Below are positions 42,024-56,707 of a DNA stretch of 64,000 nucleotides, piece by piece. The notes beneath the pieces are model-generated. The model did no database searches. It worked only from the letters and a program-made list of their open reading frames with translations, and was not told the DNA's origin. This DNA comes from Eledone cirrhosa. Lineage: Eukaryota. The first letter of the stretch is position 1. The number at the start of each line of letters is the position of its first letter. A program made the position numbers and the translations under genes. The DNA lies in assembly GCA_964016885.1 (NCBI GenBank), contig OZ024741.1:195796001-195860000 (forward strand). The letters are read 5' to 3'.

Positions 42024-42025
<2 letters not shown>
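38566..42025 (-). mobile_element. Near full-length Penelope/Poseidon-type PLE with inverted pLTR (38566-38852 / 41700-41977)
   Basis: Disrupted ORF ~39195-41690: FYHLVKTHK, SLDVVALYTSV, GLPM.SSLS, RYVDD, VVYKIEC..YYIGST. Confidence 0.92.
41732..41767 (+). ncRNA. Minimal HHR-like fold with CAGUUGA core (mirror copy 38776-38811 -)
   Basis: ccc-CAGTTGA-t-ggat gtga atcc-GAAA-tata-TA-ggg. Confidence 0.5.
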
Positions 42026-42060
<35 letters not shown>

Positions 42061-42102
42061 CGTAAAATAAGAAAATTATAAAATTAACTTACTAAAATTT
42101 CA

Positions 42103-42182
42103 CTCCCAACTAATTAGTTTCTGAAATGGAATAAATATACTTTCCGAAGAAAATATAGAGAAGCATTTCGTCGTCAGGGAAG
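42103..42182 (-). ncRNA. Type I HHR, family K
   Basis: cttcc-CTGACGA-cgaaatg..catttca-GAAA-ctaattag-TT-gggag. Confidence 0.8.
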
Positions 42183-42543
42183 ACTATTCTCAGCTAAGTA
42201 TCCAGGCAAAGCGTGGACTCTGGAAACTTATACAAAAATAATTCAGTGGATAGAAAATAGCAAAGCGTGGACTGAATTCCTAGCCATTGAGAAAATCACT
42301 GCCTCTGCGTCGGTGGCAAATTCAAAAAGAATCAATCACGTGACATCGAGGTCAATCAGTGGAAAGTGGTTTGTTAATAAGACAGCGGCCTGCTCTCTTT
42401 CCCTATAGTCTTTATTTACAAATGCACCCTATTAGATTTAGCATGTCTTTCCATGATAATTTTCCCAAATTTTCATAAATATCCATTAGCTGTTCTTCTG
42501 AGTTTTGGCTTGTTCTGGCCGTTAATACTTCTTGTCCTTTTCC

Positions 42544-42588
42544 TTGCTCTGATGAGTCCTTATTAATGGGACGAAACATTGTCAGCAA
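42544..42588 (+). ncRNA. Canonical minimal type I HHR (family L)
   Basis: ttgct-CTGATGA-gtcc..ggac-GAAA-cattg-TC-agcaa. Confidence 0.88.
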
Positions 42589-42736
42589 ATAAAGATTTTT
42601 GATGAATTAAGGCTTCTTTGTTTATTTTTTATATAATTTTTCGGCTCTGTTGGATAACATTGAGCTATATCTTATACTGTCATTTCTCTAATACGACGAG
42701 TGTGTTTAATTCTAATGCACTCAAGTATTTTTATCT

Positions 42737-44690
<1,954 letters not shown>

Positions 44691-44706
44691 ATATATATAT
44701 ATATAT

Positions 44707-44860
44707 ATAACGAAGGAATTGTGGTAAGGAACCAGATGGACCATGACGCATCAAAGTACTCAATACTTAGAATAGTAGAGTGGGTAACTCTACTCATAAG
44801 AGCCCAGAAATAGCCGTCGAAAAGGCTTGAGCTCTGCCATCGGGATCATACTTGTTCCTA
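44707..44860. mobile_element. Tiny inverted family A pLTR remnant
   Basis: 44707-44787 matches 8176-8256; 44802-44860 matches 2961-3017. Confidence 0.75.
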
Positions 44861-45120
44861 TATATATGTCTATATATATATATGTATATATATTTTCTAG
44901 CTGCCTGTCATATGTATATATATATATGTGTGTGTATGTATATGTATATGTATATGTATGTATACATGTATATGTGTATGTATATATGTGAATGTGTATG
45001 TATATGTGTGTATATGTATATATATACATATATGTGTGTGTGTATATATGTGTATATATGTGTGTATATGTATATATATATATATATACATGTATGTGTA
45101 TGTATATGTATATGTGTATG

Positions 45121-45151
<31 letters not shown>

Positions 45152-45238
45152 GTATGTATATGTATATGTGTATGTATATATATATATATATATACATGTA
45201 TGTGTATGTATATGTATATGTGTGTATATGTATATGTG

Positions 45239-45286
<48 letters not shown>

Positions 45287-45292
<6 letters not shown>

Positions 45293-46069
45293 CAAATGAA
45301 ACGAAATTAAATTTCGTTTCGTTTGTAACTCACTTTTGTATGACTGACGCTTAAACAATTAAGTTAAAAATGTACATCCACATATGTATACTGAAATACT
45401 AGTATGCATATGAATACACACACGTATACATATGTAGATGTACCGAGTTTTTCACTGGTCACTTTACTGTGAGTGTCCAGCTATTCTGTATGTAAACACA
45501 CAGACAAACCGGTTTTTAGAGTCATACTGGTTTTTGAGGAAACACCTTTCCTCTATTCTCCAGAAAGCCAGACAAGGAATATTGAACTAGTTTTTTAACT
45601 TAATTGTTTAAGCGTCAGTCATACAAAAGTGAGTTACAAACGAAACGAAATTTAATTTCGTTTCGTTATTTGTTTTTATCGTCTCCGTTGAATCGGTACG
45701 TACTCACGCTCTATGCAAATTAGTCTGCCCACTACTAATTTTCATAAAAAAAGCATATAACGATATGTGCTTTTACGATTCTCTAGAAAGGCCGGAAGAT
45801 AGGTAAATATTGCTGATGAGTTGTAACAACAACGAAACTAATTCACTATTCCTTGTCTGGCTTTCTGGAGAATAGAGGAAAGGTGTTTCCTCAAAAACCA
45901 GTATGACTCTAAAAACCGGTTTGTCTGTGTGTTTACATACAGAATAGCTGGACACTCACAGTAAAGTGACCAGTGAAAAACTCGGTACATCTACATATGT
46001 ATACGTGTGTGTATTCATATGCATACTAGTATTTCAGTATACATATGTGGATGTACATTTTTAACTTAA

Positions 46070-46072
<3 letters not shown>
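45287..46072 (+). mobile_element. Retrozyme-like non-coding element: 466-nt monomer plus inverted arm; HHR at 45806-45850
   Basis: aatattg-CTGATGA-gttgt aaca acaac-GAAA-cta(a/g)-TT-ca(c/a)tatt; tttttaacttaatt recurs at a 466-nt interval. Confidence 0.75.
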
Positions 46073-46113
<41 letters not shown>

Positions 46114-46148
46114 GTATGTATATGTATATGTGTGTATATGTATATGTG

Positions 46149-46213
<65 letters not shown>

Positions 46214-46430
46214 GTGTATATGTGTATATATGTGTGTATATGTATGTGCGTACACATATATGTATATATATGTGTGTGTATGTATATACATATATGTATG
46301 TATATGTGTGTATATGTGTATGTGTATATATACATATATATGTGTATGTGTGTGTATATGTGTGTATGTATATATATATGTGTATGTGTGTATATGTGTA
46401 TATATATATGTGTGTGTGTATATATATACT

Positions 46431-46502
<72 letters not shown>

Positions 46503-46504
<2 letters not shown>

Positions 46505-46851
46505 CCCCACTCCACTACCCCTACTCTATCCTCCCACCAACACCACCCTCTCTCTGTAAAGTTGATACCACAACATTCAGTCCAAATAAATGAGATATCG
46601 AGATCGAGATCGTGTAGGTGTCACAACAAAAAAAAACACAGTCCACGCTGTAATGTGGTCGTGTAGGTAACACGGTAAAAAGTTCCCAGTTCCACACTGT
46701 AAATGTGGTTGGTGTTAGGAAGGGCATCCAGCCGTAGAAAACCTGCCAGATAGTCCTATATGAGCGAGACACGGTCACCCGACCAACCTTGCCTCAAGTG
46801 GGACAACTCCCGTCTAACCCATGCTAGCGTGGAAGATGGACGTTAAAAGAA

Positions 46852-46885
<34 letters not shown>
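46503..46885 (+). mobile_element. RTE LINE 3' UTR with (GAT)n tail
   Basis: Reverse complement of ~30690-31060. Confidence 0.8.
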
Positions 46886-46915
46886 TGTATATATATGTAT
46901 ATATATATATGTATG

Positions 46916-46975
<60 letters not shown>

Positions 46976-47041
46976 AGTAATATATATAAGTAAGTGCCGT
47001 ACTAAGAGTGAGAAATGAAATTTCGCTTCATTCTATTACAA

Positions 47042-47096
<55 letters not shown>

Positions 47097-47135
47097 TACA
47101 GATATGGGTACAAGTATTTTCCAACCGTATGCCAC

Positions 47136-47188
<53 letters not shown>

Positions 47189-47193
<5 letters not shown>

Positions 47194-47861
47194 ACTAACA
47201 TAAGCGCACAGATGTACGCTAATGCCAGCAAATACACAGGTTATGTCATAGTACCTAGGTGGTTCAATGCAGGAGGATGCAGAACAATAATATATAAGAC
47301 GTAAAATAAGAAAATTTCTTTAAAAAATTTTTTTTAGAAAAATTAACTTACTTACTTAAATTTTCACTCCAACTAATTAGTTTCTGCAATGGGATAAAGA
47401 CAGTTACGTAATTAACTGTTGAGAATTTCATTGCGTCATCAGGGAGGTCATTCTCAGCCGAGTCTCCAGGCGATGCGCGGACACTGGGGACTCATATAAA
47501 AATAATAATAATTCGGCAACTGGAACAGCTATCGAGGACTGGATTCCAGCCACTGAAAATTCTCACTGCCACTGATCATATGGCCGATTCTAAAGAATCA
47601 ATCACGTGACACAGAGGCTAGTCAGTAGGAATGGGATGGTAAGATGACAGACGCCTACTAACACCCCCCAAAAAAATTTTTAGAAGTCGTTTTGGCAGGT
47701 TTGCTCGACAAATCAGTGATTTGGAGATAAATATAGATAATTTAATATATCTACTAACATAAGCGCACAGATGTACGCTAATGCCAGCAAATACACAGGT
47801 TATGTCATAGTACCTAGGTGGTTCAATGCAGGAGGATGCAGAACAATAATATATAAGACGT

Positions 47862-47867
<6 letters not shown>
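47189..47867 (-). mobile_element. Retrozyme-like non-coding element: 559-nt monomer with ~118-nt terminal direct repeat; HHR at 47367-47446
   Basis: 47191-47308 = 47750-47867; ctcc-CTGATGA-cgcaatg..cattgca-GAAA-ctaattag-TT-ggag. Confidence 0.8.
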
Positions 47868-47953
<86 letters not shown>

Positions 47954-47957
47954 TATA

Positions 47958-48378
47958 TGGGTGGCATACGGTTGGAAAATACTTGTACCCATATGTGTAT
48001 TATTTACATGTAGGAATACATACTTTTATTACTATTCTCCTCTACGGTTGAGAAATCTTTGGTCGTTTGAACCGATGCTATTTTTAGTAGCCTGTCCACC
48101 TAGCCTTTGCTTTTGCACACGGTACCATCGAGATTGTTTCTTCTCTCATTCACTCTCATTCGGCAACAATTGTGTGTGGCGCCAGTTTGTGATTTGAACT
48201 CGAGAATTTTATATTCTCCGAGTGAGAAAAGCCTTCTGATGATGATCTCTTTCTCAATGGAAATCCACTTGGGTTATCTATTTATTTTGGGATCGGAAAG
48301 GCACATATAGTATGTACAGTGAACTTTTTGAAATTTATTTTAAAACTTTTTCTCTATTTGCTTGACGTTGATTTTATA
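47958..48378 (+). mobile_element. pLTR-like remnant with degenerate HHR (48231-48302); left end is an inverted repeat of 47091-47138
   Basis: gcctt-CTGATGA-tgatctc..gggatcg-GAAA-ggc, stem III missing. Confidence 0.5.
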
Positions 48379-48432
48379 TATATATATATATATATATTTT
48401 TTAGTTATGTAATAAACAACATAAGATAATTA

Positions 48433-48492
48433 TTTCATTTACCAGTGGTTTCTTGAAAGCCATCAAAATTGCTTTCATTCATCAGAATGAAA
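48433..48492 (-). ncRNA. Type I HHR (family N) in a ~130-bp remnant between (TA)n tracts
   Basis: tttcatt-CTGATGA-atgaaagc..gctttcaa-GAAA-ccactgg-TA-aatgaaa. Confidence 0.8.
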
Positions 48493-48531
48493 AAATCCTG
48501 GTGTCTTTATTGACAGTGGATTTGAAAATCC

Positions 48532-48624
<93 letters not shown>

Positions 48625-48649
48625 GTGTATGATGTGTATATATATATAT

Positions 48650-50010
48650 AACTTTGATAACTTTGATAGGTTTCGGCCAGTTTTGGCCCAGGCCATGTCT
48701 AACTTAATAGCACCATCTGGCGAAGTCTTTCAAATCAGGGTTTGGGCACCATGGCCCACTCAGGTAGAGAGTTATTGTTTACGGAGGCATATCCAGGTGT
48801 AGGAGGTTTATCCGGGATTTCTTGAAAGAATTTGTCCAAAGACTTCTTGAACTTGATGGGGTTTGTTTCTGCTTTAATATGTTTTGGTGTAATGTTAAAG
48901 AGGGCAGGGCCAATTGAGGTGAAATAATTGTGCCGTAATGTTGTTAGGAGATGCGAGTGAGATTTTTGTCGCTGGCGGATAGCACGGGGCCAAAGCCTTG
49001 GGTGTAACTTAAAGGTGATGCCAACATCATTTGGGCAAAGCTGATGGAATATTTTCCACATCATGCAGATAATGTAGCGCTCCCGGCGACGTTGGAGAGA
49101 ATAAAGGTTGAGCTTTTCTAATCGACTCCAATAGTCAAGGCCTGTCATGCCATCTATCTTTTTTGTAATTGATCTTTGGGGTGCTTCAACTTTCATGATA
49201 CCTTGTTTCGGTGGGGAGACCACATTGGACAACAGTATTCAAGGTGGGGTCGGGCAAAAGTGGAGAAGAGAAGGATAACAGTGTGGATATCTCGTGACTG
49301 GCAGGTTCTGAGAATCCAGGAAGACATTCTGCGGACCATGTCAACTTTGCTGTTTATGAGTGGCCCAGTTTATGCTGTTGTCCACAATTACTCCCAGGTC
49401 CCTGATATTGTTGGATGCCACGAGAGTTTCACCTGAAGAAAGAGAGTATGGGAGTTTCAGGGCATCCTTTTTTTACAAAGTGGATTAACTCAAACTTATC
49501 CTCATTCAACAGCATATTGTTCTTTTCTGCCCATTGGATAACAGCCAGGAGGTCTGACTGAAGGCAAGTCCGGTCACCCACCTTTGGAACTTGGAATCAT
49601 CTTCGAAGATTCTTATGTTGCTGTGTTTGATGATGTCAGTAATGTCATTAATGTAGATGATGAAAAGAAGTGGGCCCAACACAGTGCCTTGTGGGATGCC
49701 ATTGCTGACTTTGGCTGGGCTTAATTTAACTCCTGTGACTACAACATGTTGGGCTCTGTCTGTCAGGAAACATTTGATCCACTGTAGTAACTTTCCAGAG
49801 ACACCAACATTGGATAGTTTTTTTCAATAGAATCTTATGATCAACCCTGTCAAAGGCCTTGCTGAAATCAAGGTAGATGATATCAGTGTTGGAGCCCTCT
49901 CCCAAGGCTCTCAAAACATCATCAAAGTGATGCAGGAGCTGCGTTAGGGAGTCCCCTCCATTACGGAATCCATGTTGGTTGGAGTTTCAGCAGGCCGTTG
50001 CTTTCAAGAA
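48650..50010 (-). mobile_element. 5'-truncated CR1/L2-group LINE (RT + C-terminus), frameshifted
   Basis: QHGFR, YLDFSKAFDRVDH, GIPQGTVLGPLLF, IFEDDSK, LYSLQRRRER; tandem tail aactttgat. Confidence 0.88.
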
Positions 50011-50014
50011 AGTG

Positions 50015-50194
50015 GGTTAATAATAATAAATGTGGCAATCAATGTTTACCATTGACAGACCAACGGTTAAAAATACAGATATATATATATAGTCTAACAA
50101 AGTTCTTTCGTTGCACATCTGCAACATCATCAGTGGTACTATTATCATGTTTCCTCCTATTGTGTTGTATTGTAATGATCACGCCATTTTTATT

Positions 50195-50245
<51 letters not shown>

Positions 50246-51176
50246 TATTTCTCTTAAGTCAGTATTGTTTGTTTGGGTATGGTTGTTGTTATTCCATTCA
50301 TTTATTTCTGTTTAACTTTGGTTTTCTAAGCTCTATTTCTCTGGCTTCTCTGATTTGCCTACCTGTTGGGTCATTTCGGCTGTCTTACACAAAACATAAG
50401 ATAAGGAAAGCCACCTCATAATACGACAACCAGAGATACCAGAGTGTCATGTTCGTGGATGCTACCCCTGGGGGGAAATTAGCTAACCAATGTAGAAAGG
50501 CCCTAAGAAAGACCCACTTAAAGATTAAAGTGGTAGAAAAGCCAAGAACTACCATAAAATCCCTGATCAGCAAAACATACCCCTTTAAGAAAACCCACTG
50601 TACTAATAAGAAATGTGTTATATGTAAAGTAAACCCCCAGATAAACTGTAAAACGAGAAATGTAGTCAATAGCATAAGATGTACAGAGGGTACTTACAGA
50701 AACATGACAACGACATACATAGATGAGACAGCTCAAAGCATAGGAGAAAGAATAGACCAACACTGGAGGGAATTAAAAGGACAAAAATATGGTTCAGTAC
50801 TATACGAACACGCCAGACACATGACGGTAACATAGACAACATAGAAATTAAAATAATATCTAAAAATAGAAATGACCCAACAGGTAGGCAAATCAGAGAA
50901 GCGAGCGAAATAGAGCTTAGAAAACCAATGTTAAACAGAAAAAATGAATGGAATAACAACAACAACAACACCCAAACAAACAATACTGACTTAAGAGAAA
51001 TATAAATAAATAAATAAATATATATATACACAAGTACAATAACAACAAACACATATAAGCACACACTAGTAAACAAAGATAGAATACAAAAACCAAAACA
51101 CATACACCCAAACGCGAACACACACACCAAACATTATACACACACGCAAACGCATGTGCAGAGATGGAGACAAAAA

Positions 51177-51211
<35 letters not shown>

Positions 51212-51495
51212 AATGAAAATGGCGTGAACATTACAATACCACACAATAGGAGGAAACATGATAATAGTACCACTGATGGTGTTGCAGATGTGCAACGAAA
51301 GTACTTTATTAGACTATATATATATATTTATATCTGTATTTTTAACCGTTGATCAGTCAATGATAAACACTGATTGCCAAATAAATTAACTGTGGAGATA
51401 TAAAAGATGCAGAAGCGAAAACCAACCAAACAGTGAGTGTGTTCTGTTATTATTTCTGGCAATATTATTACAACAATATGACTCTTCCCAAATAT

Positions 51496-51500
<5 letters not shown>
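50015..51500. mobile_element. Fold-back PLE related to family H; HHRs at 50091-50140 (-) and 51266-51315 (+)
   Basis: YQSVMFVDATPGG, CTNKKCVIC; CTGATGA-t-gttgca/tgcaac-GAAA-g(a/t)ac-TT. Confidence 0.85.
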
Positions 51501-51586
<86 letters not shown>

Positions 51587-51636
51587 CGTATGTATATGTA
51601 TATATATATAATGTATATATATATATATATATAATG

Positions 51637-51667
<31 letters not shown>

Positions 51668-51712
51668 ATATATATATATATATATAATGTATATATATAT
51701 ATATATATATTG

Positions 51713-51780
<68 letters not shown>

Positions 51781-51836
51781 CACACACATATATATATATA
51801 TTGTATATATATGTGTGTGTGTGTATGTATGTATAA

Positions 51837-51904
<68 letters not shown>

Positions 51905-51908
<4 letters not shown>

Positions 51909-54900
51909 ATCTTTACTAAACACATATTTTTAAACTGAACATATCTCAAACACATTACAACATAAATTAAAAACATTCCATATACATTACATTTGCTTTA
52001 CACCCAACATATACATTTATACACGAACTCTAATATAAAAATTCTTGAATGACAATTACCTATCTTATTTACTTACGTTTTTTTCATTATACATTACACA
52101 ACATTTATTCATTTTCTCACCACATATTTCATTACCATATTGCATGCCATTTTTAACATTTTTAACATTTTTAACACCTTTAACATGCTTCAACATTCTG
52201 TATGACATATGCTTGATTTATTTATTATACAACTCTTACCTCATGTATGCCTTTATTAATTTTTGCATTATATACCCTTTATATTACTTTCTTTTCAATG
52301 CTATGATGATGTATTTTATCTATCTTCTCTAACACCTTATTTACTTGGTATCTTTTGCACATGTATCACCTTAAAGAATATCTTTATATATATAATATGC
52401 TCAATATTTCACTTTTCACTATTGCTCCTTATACTGTGATATCTATAACATAACATATTTTTGTAACTCCTGCTTTTCTATCTATATGATGTCACTGACA
52501 CTGTCAATAGTTATGTATCTATATAAATGTTCTGAAGACTAGCATTTTAATTACCGGTTTAAACATTGTGTATGTTCCGATTATTCCAGACATTCGTCTG
52601 GAAGAAACAATTGTCAGCAATTAAATGTATTAAACTAAGATTTGATTGTTTTATATTTTGTATCTTGGCTCTGTAATACATTCGATAATTTACATTGAGC
52701 CTTTTCTCTTACTGGCGATTGGCTAGTGCTTAGTACTACCCTCCATATTTATAATTATATATAACTCATATATAAGTATAGATATTATTATTATTACTAA
52801 TATCTTCTCCTTCTTGTTGAGCTGACATATATAAAATTACTGGTATGTTGATCAAAGATTATCTTCCTCTGTCTTTAAAGAACATCCCTATTCCATCTAA
52901 AGAGACATATGAAAAACTACTGATTAATAGTGTCAATTCTTTTATTAAAAGAGTCAGATGGAGGGCATTCCACTATGATAGGAACCGTGTTGTGAAAAAT
53001 CATGATGCACCTTCGTTTGAATCATATGGTTTCAAAACATATAAAAGCCCACCACACAATACTTTACTGGACTCATTTGAAAATGACCTTGTGACACTCG
53101 TGAAAAGAATTAGATAGAGAAAACATTACAATAAGAGGAACAATTTTCTAAATAACCTAAATTCTACTATTTAATAAAAATAAGAATATCGTAGTACTTG
53201 CTGATAAAACTAAAAACATATATAGCCTAGATTATGAAACATATAGAAAATTTATATATAAAGAACAGTATAAAAACTACAAGAAAACATTTTTAAAAAA
53301 CCTAGACGATATAAATATTGAAGCTCACAGATTAATATGTAAATTAGGACTAGAGAGATATACTCAACCTTACACCCTAATCCTCCATGATTCTCTCTGA
53401 AAGACCGTAAAGAAGACTTCAATACCAACCCTTCAATTAGACTAATTGCCCCTCCAGATCCGACAGTGGTATTATCAGCAAAAAAATATTAGATAAAGTT
53501 ATCCCTAATTAAGCAAAAAAATCCATCTTAACCTTTGGGGAAACACTGGAGAAGTAATTGAATGGTTTAATAATATTAATGAAAGTAATAATAAGAAATT
53601 CATCCAATTCGATATAAATTCATACTACACCTCTATTTCACTTATTCTTTTAAACAAAGCACTAATAATGGCTATGAATAATAGTGAACTTACTAGATCC
53701 CAAGTGGATGTTATCCTTGTGGCCAGGAAAACCATAATTGTATTTGAAGATCAATTATGGACCCACAAGAATACACCTAACAAGTTCGATATCACTATGG
53801 GATCTAATGACTCGACACAGGTCACAGACTTAGTTGGTTTATTTCTCTTAAACGAAATCCATAAGAATTTAACTTACCTTAATGGCAGTTTCTATCAAGA
53901 CAACGCACTTTTCCTTTTAGATTTAAAAAAATTTAATATAGAAAGAATTAGAAAACAATTACATAAAATATTTAAAAACTTCAACTTAGGTATCAGCGTA
54001 GATAAAAACACCAAAAATGTTAACTTCCTTGATGTTTCCCTTCACTTAGACTCTAAAACTTATACACCTTATCATAAACCAAATGAAAAACTTTTTTATG
54101 TTAATACCAATTCTAACCACCCCAAATCTGTATTGAGCTCAATCATTAAAGGGGTATCTAACAGAATATCTAGTATTTTTTATAACGAGATTATATTTAA
54201 CTCTAACTCCCAATACTATAATGAAGCCTTAGCTCATTCGGGCCATAGAGATAAAATTAAATTTACACTTAAAAATTCATCTATTCATAAACAATCTAAT
54301 ATCATTTCACGTAATATGGCCATGAGTAAAATTAAACATACTCATAGTATTGAAGATCCTGACTCCAATACAGAGGGTATCAACAATGTTAACTCGCACC
54401 ACAACAATAATCCTAAGAAAAACCACATAAAGAAAAATTATGTTAAAAACAAAAAATATAAATAATACTGTACCTAACACCAGACGAAACAATATAGTTA
54501 ATCACAATAATATAAATATAAATAAAAATCATGAGAAGAATAGAAGAATGCATTTTTAAATCCTCCTTTCAACTTAAATATCTCCACCAACATACCTAAA
54601 GCTTTCTTCTCAATTATAGATAAAACTTCCCCATTAACCATAAATACTATTAAACTCTCTTACTCTACCACACCTAACATTGCGGACCACATAGATAGCA
54701 GTAACAAGAAGAAGATGAGTAAATACATCAAAGTACACCAAGTTAATAATGTCCAACATAGAAATAACCTTAATAATAACTCAGTACAGGACTATATTGC
54801 AAATAATAGTAATAATACCAATAATAATGGCATTAATACTTACCATAATTGTAATACTAGAAGTATAAACAGTAATAACTGTTCAACATCATACCCCCTT

Positions 54901-54924
54901 AACCAATATACTATTAACCATAAC

Positions 54925-54930
<6 letters not shown>
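51905..54930 (+). mobile_element. PLE with 5' pLTR (degenerate HHR 52572-52620) and degraded ORF from 52845, 3'-truncated
   Basis: SLKNIPIP, ADKT, QFDINSYYTSI, FDITMGSND; CCGATTA-ttccagac/gtctggaa-GAAA-caattg-TC. Confidence 0.85.
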
Positions 54931-54965
<35 letters not shown>

Positions 54966-54968
<3 letters not shown>

Positions 54969-55204
54969 ATAATAATAAATTTGAAGACTAAAATCCAAAG
55001 AGGGCTCGATAAGGATAAATATATATCAGATATATAAGAACCGTAGAGCAAATATTTATTAAAATAACAGATTAAAGTTTAAGCAAGGAATCGCAGCTTT
55101 CGTCCTTAACGGGATCTTCTGAAACTCAGAGTTTCAGAAGATCCCGTTAAGGGTGAAAGCAGCGATTCTTTGCTTAAACTTTAATCTGGTATTTTAATAA
55201 ATAT
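54966..55204. mobile_element. Family E pLTR mini fold-back with two back-to-back HHR-like folds
   Basis: Near-perfect palindrome centred at 55128. Confidence 0.8.
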
Positions 55205-55232
55205 ATATATACTGTATATTTATATATATATA

Positions 55233-55268
<36 letters not shown>

Positions 55269-55288
55269 TGTATATTTATATATATATA

Positions 55289-55347
<59 letters not shown>

Positions 55348-55351
<4 letters not shown>

Positions 55352-55717
55352 TTAGTGGTTAGAGCATTGGCCTTGCAATCGAATTCTCAGACCGGGTGAT
55401 GTGTTGTTTCCTTGAGCAAGACACTTTTCACATTGCCCCAGTTCACTCAGCTGTAGAAATGAGATGGTAGGGACTGGGGTCCCTATCATTCCACTTCAAA
55501 GTGGTCGTGGAGGTGCCACGGCAAAAAAGCACCCAGCCCACACTGTAAAGTGGACGTGTAGGCGCCACGGAAAAAGAAAATCACCCAGCACTCACTGTAA
55601 ATGAGGTTGGTGAAAGGAAGGGCATCCAGCTGTAGAAATCAAGCCAGAATCAGTTCCCGTCCCACCCTTGCAAGCAGGGAAAAGCGAACGTAAAATGAAA
55701 TGATGATGATGATGATA
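55348..55717 (+). mobile_element. tRNA-derived SINE (Meta/V-like core) with RTE-type 3' tail
   Basis: A box tggcttagtgg; ccttgagcaagacacttt core; 3' part matches the RTE UTR at 56708-56985. Confidence 0.7.
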
Positions 55718-55996
55718 AACACCGACAAGACAAGATTAAGTAGATTCCTCACTTGAAGGCGGCCGGCCGGACTAGCAACTGCTAATTTTTGGCTGCCTTC
55801 TCTGCTTTTCAGCCCCTTGGATTCTTCGTTTGTTGGATAAATTTCAGAATACCTGATGATGTCACCGGATTCATAATGAACCCGGTCATTGAAAATGTTT
55901 TCCCTTCGATTTATATGAAATTTAAACAATAGGTAAATGACAAGATATGATGCCTATTCTCAACCCTAATGGGGGTTAAACCCCCTATAGTGAAAA

Positions 55997-56300
55997 TTTG
56001 GCCAATAAATGGAACAAGATGTGTTGTAACAAGATTGCATGAGAACTTGATTGAAGCAACCATTATATTTGGGGCTTACAAAGGACAAGCTCTTCTCATT
56101 CCGAGGATTCCATTTAAACCAAGTGATATCGAGTTGCCTTTTACATTTAAGAGGCTGAAGTTCCCAGTGAGGCCATGCTTTGCCATGAGCATCAATAAGA
56201 GTCAAGGTCAAACTTTCAAAACCCATGTTTCAGTCATGGCATGTTTTATGTGGCTGTTTCAAGGACTGGAACTTAAAAAAAATCTCTACATTTTAACCAA
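55997..56300 (+). pseudogene. Helitron PIF1-like helicase C-terminal fragment
   Basis: NGTR..LIPRI..FKRLKFPVRPCFAMSINKSQGQT. Confidence 0.88.
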
Positions 56301-56707
56301 TCAAGAAATGTTGTTTACCCTAAAGTTCTTGATTAGGACAAAGTATGAAATATATTTTCATGTATTTATTATGTTAAAAAATAAATAATTAAACTTTGAA
56401 TTTCTAATTTGAAAATAATGCTTTACACAAAAATGAAATGATCAAGTTTTGAATTGATATTTTGAAAAAAATTATTTACAAGAAACAAAATAAGAATAAG
56501 ATTTAATAATGTAATTTTGATTTGATATATTACAAAAAATAATGTTTTCCAAAAATAATGTTTTCATGCATTACATTTTACATTGAGTAATATTGAAATG
56601 CAGAGTTTTTCTCCATATATTATATCACTGATTTAAAATCAATCATCATTTTCTTACAAAAAAAATGTGTGAAATGCAGCAAGGCGCGGGTAATTCGGAT
56701 ATGTATA

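Noticed and set aside
55847-55902. CTGATGA-hairpin-GAAA
   Set aside because: Stem III and the NUH site are missing; at best a decayed HHR, not counted
55969-56388. Host PIF1 helicase gene
   Set aside because: Intronless frameshifted fragment with Helitron-type motifs and no other exons
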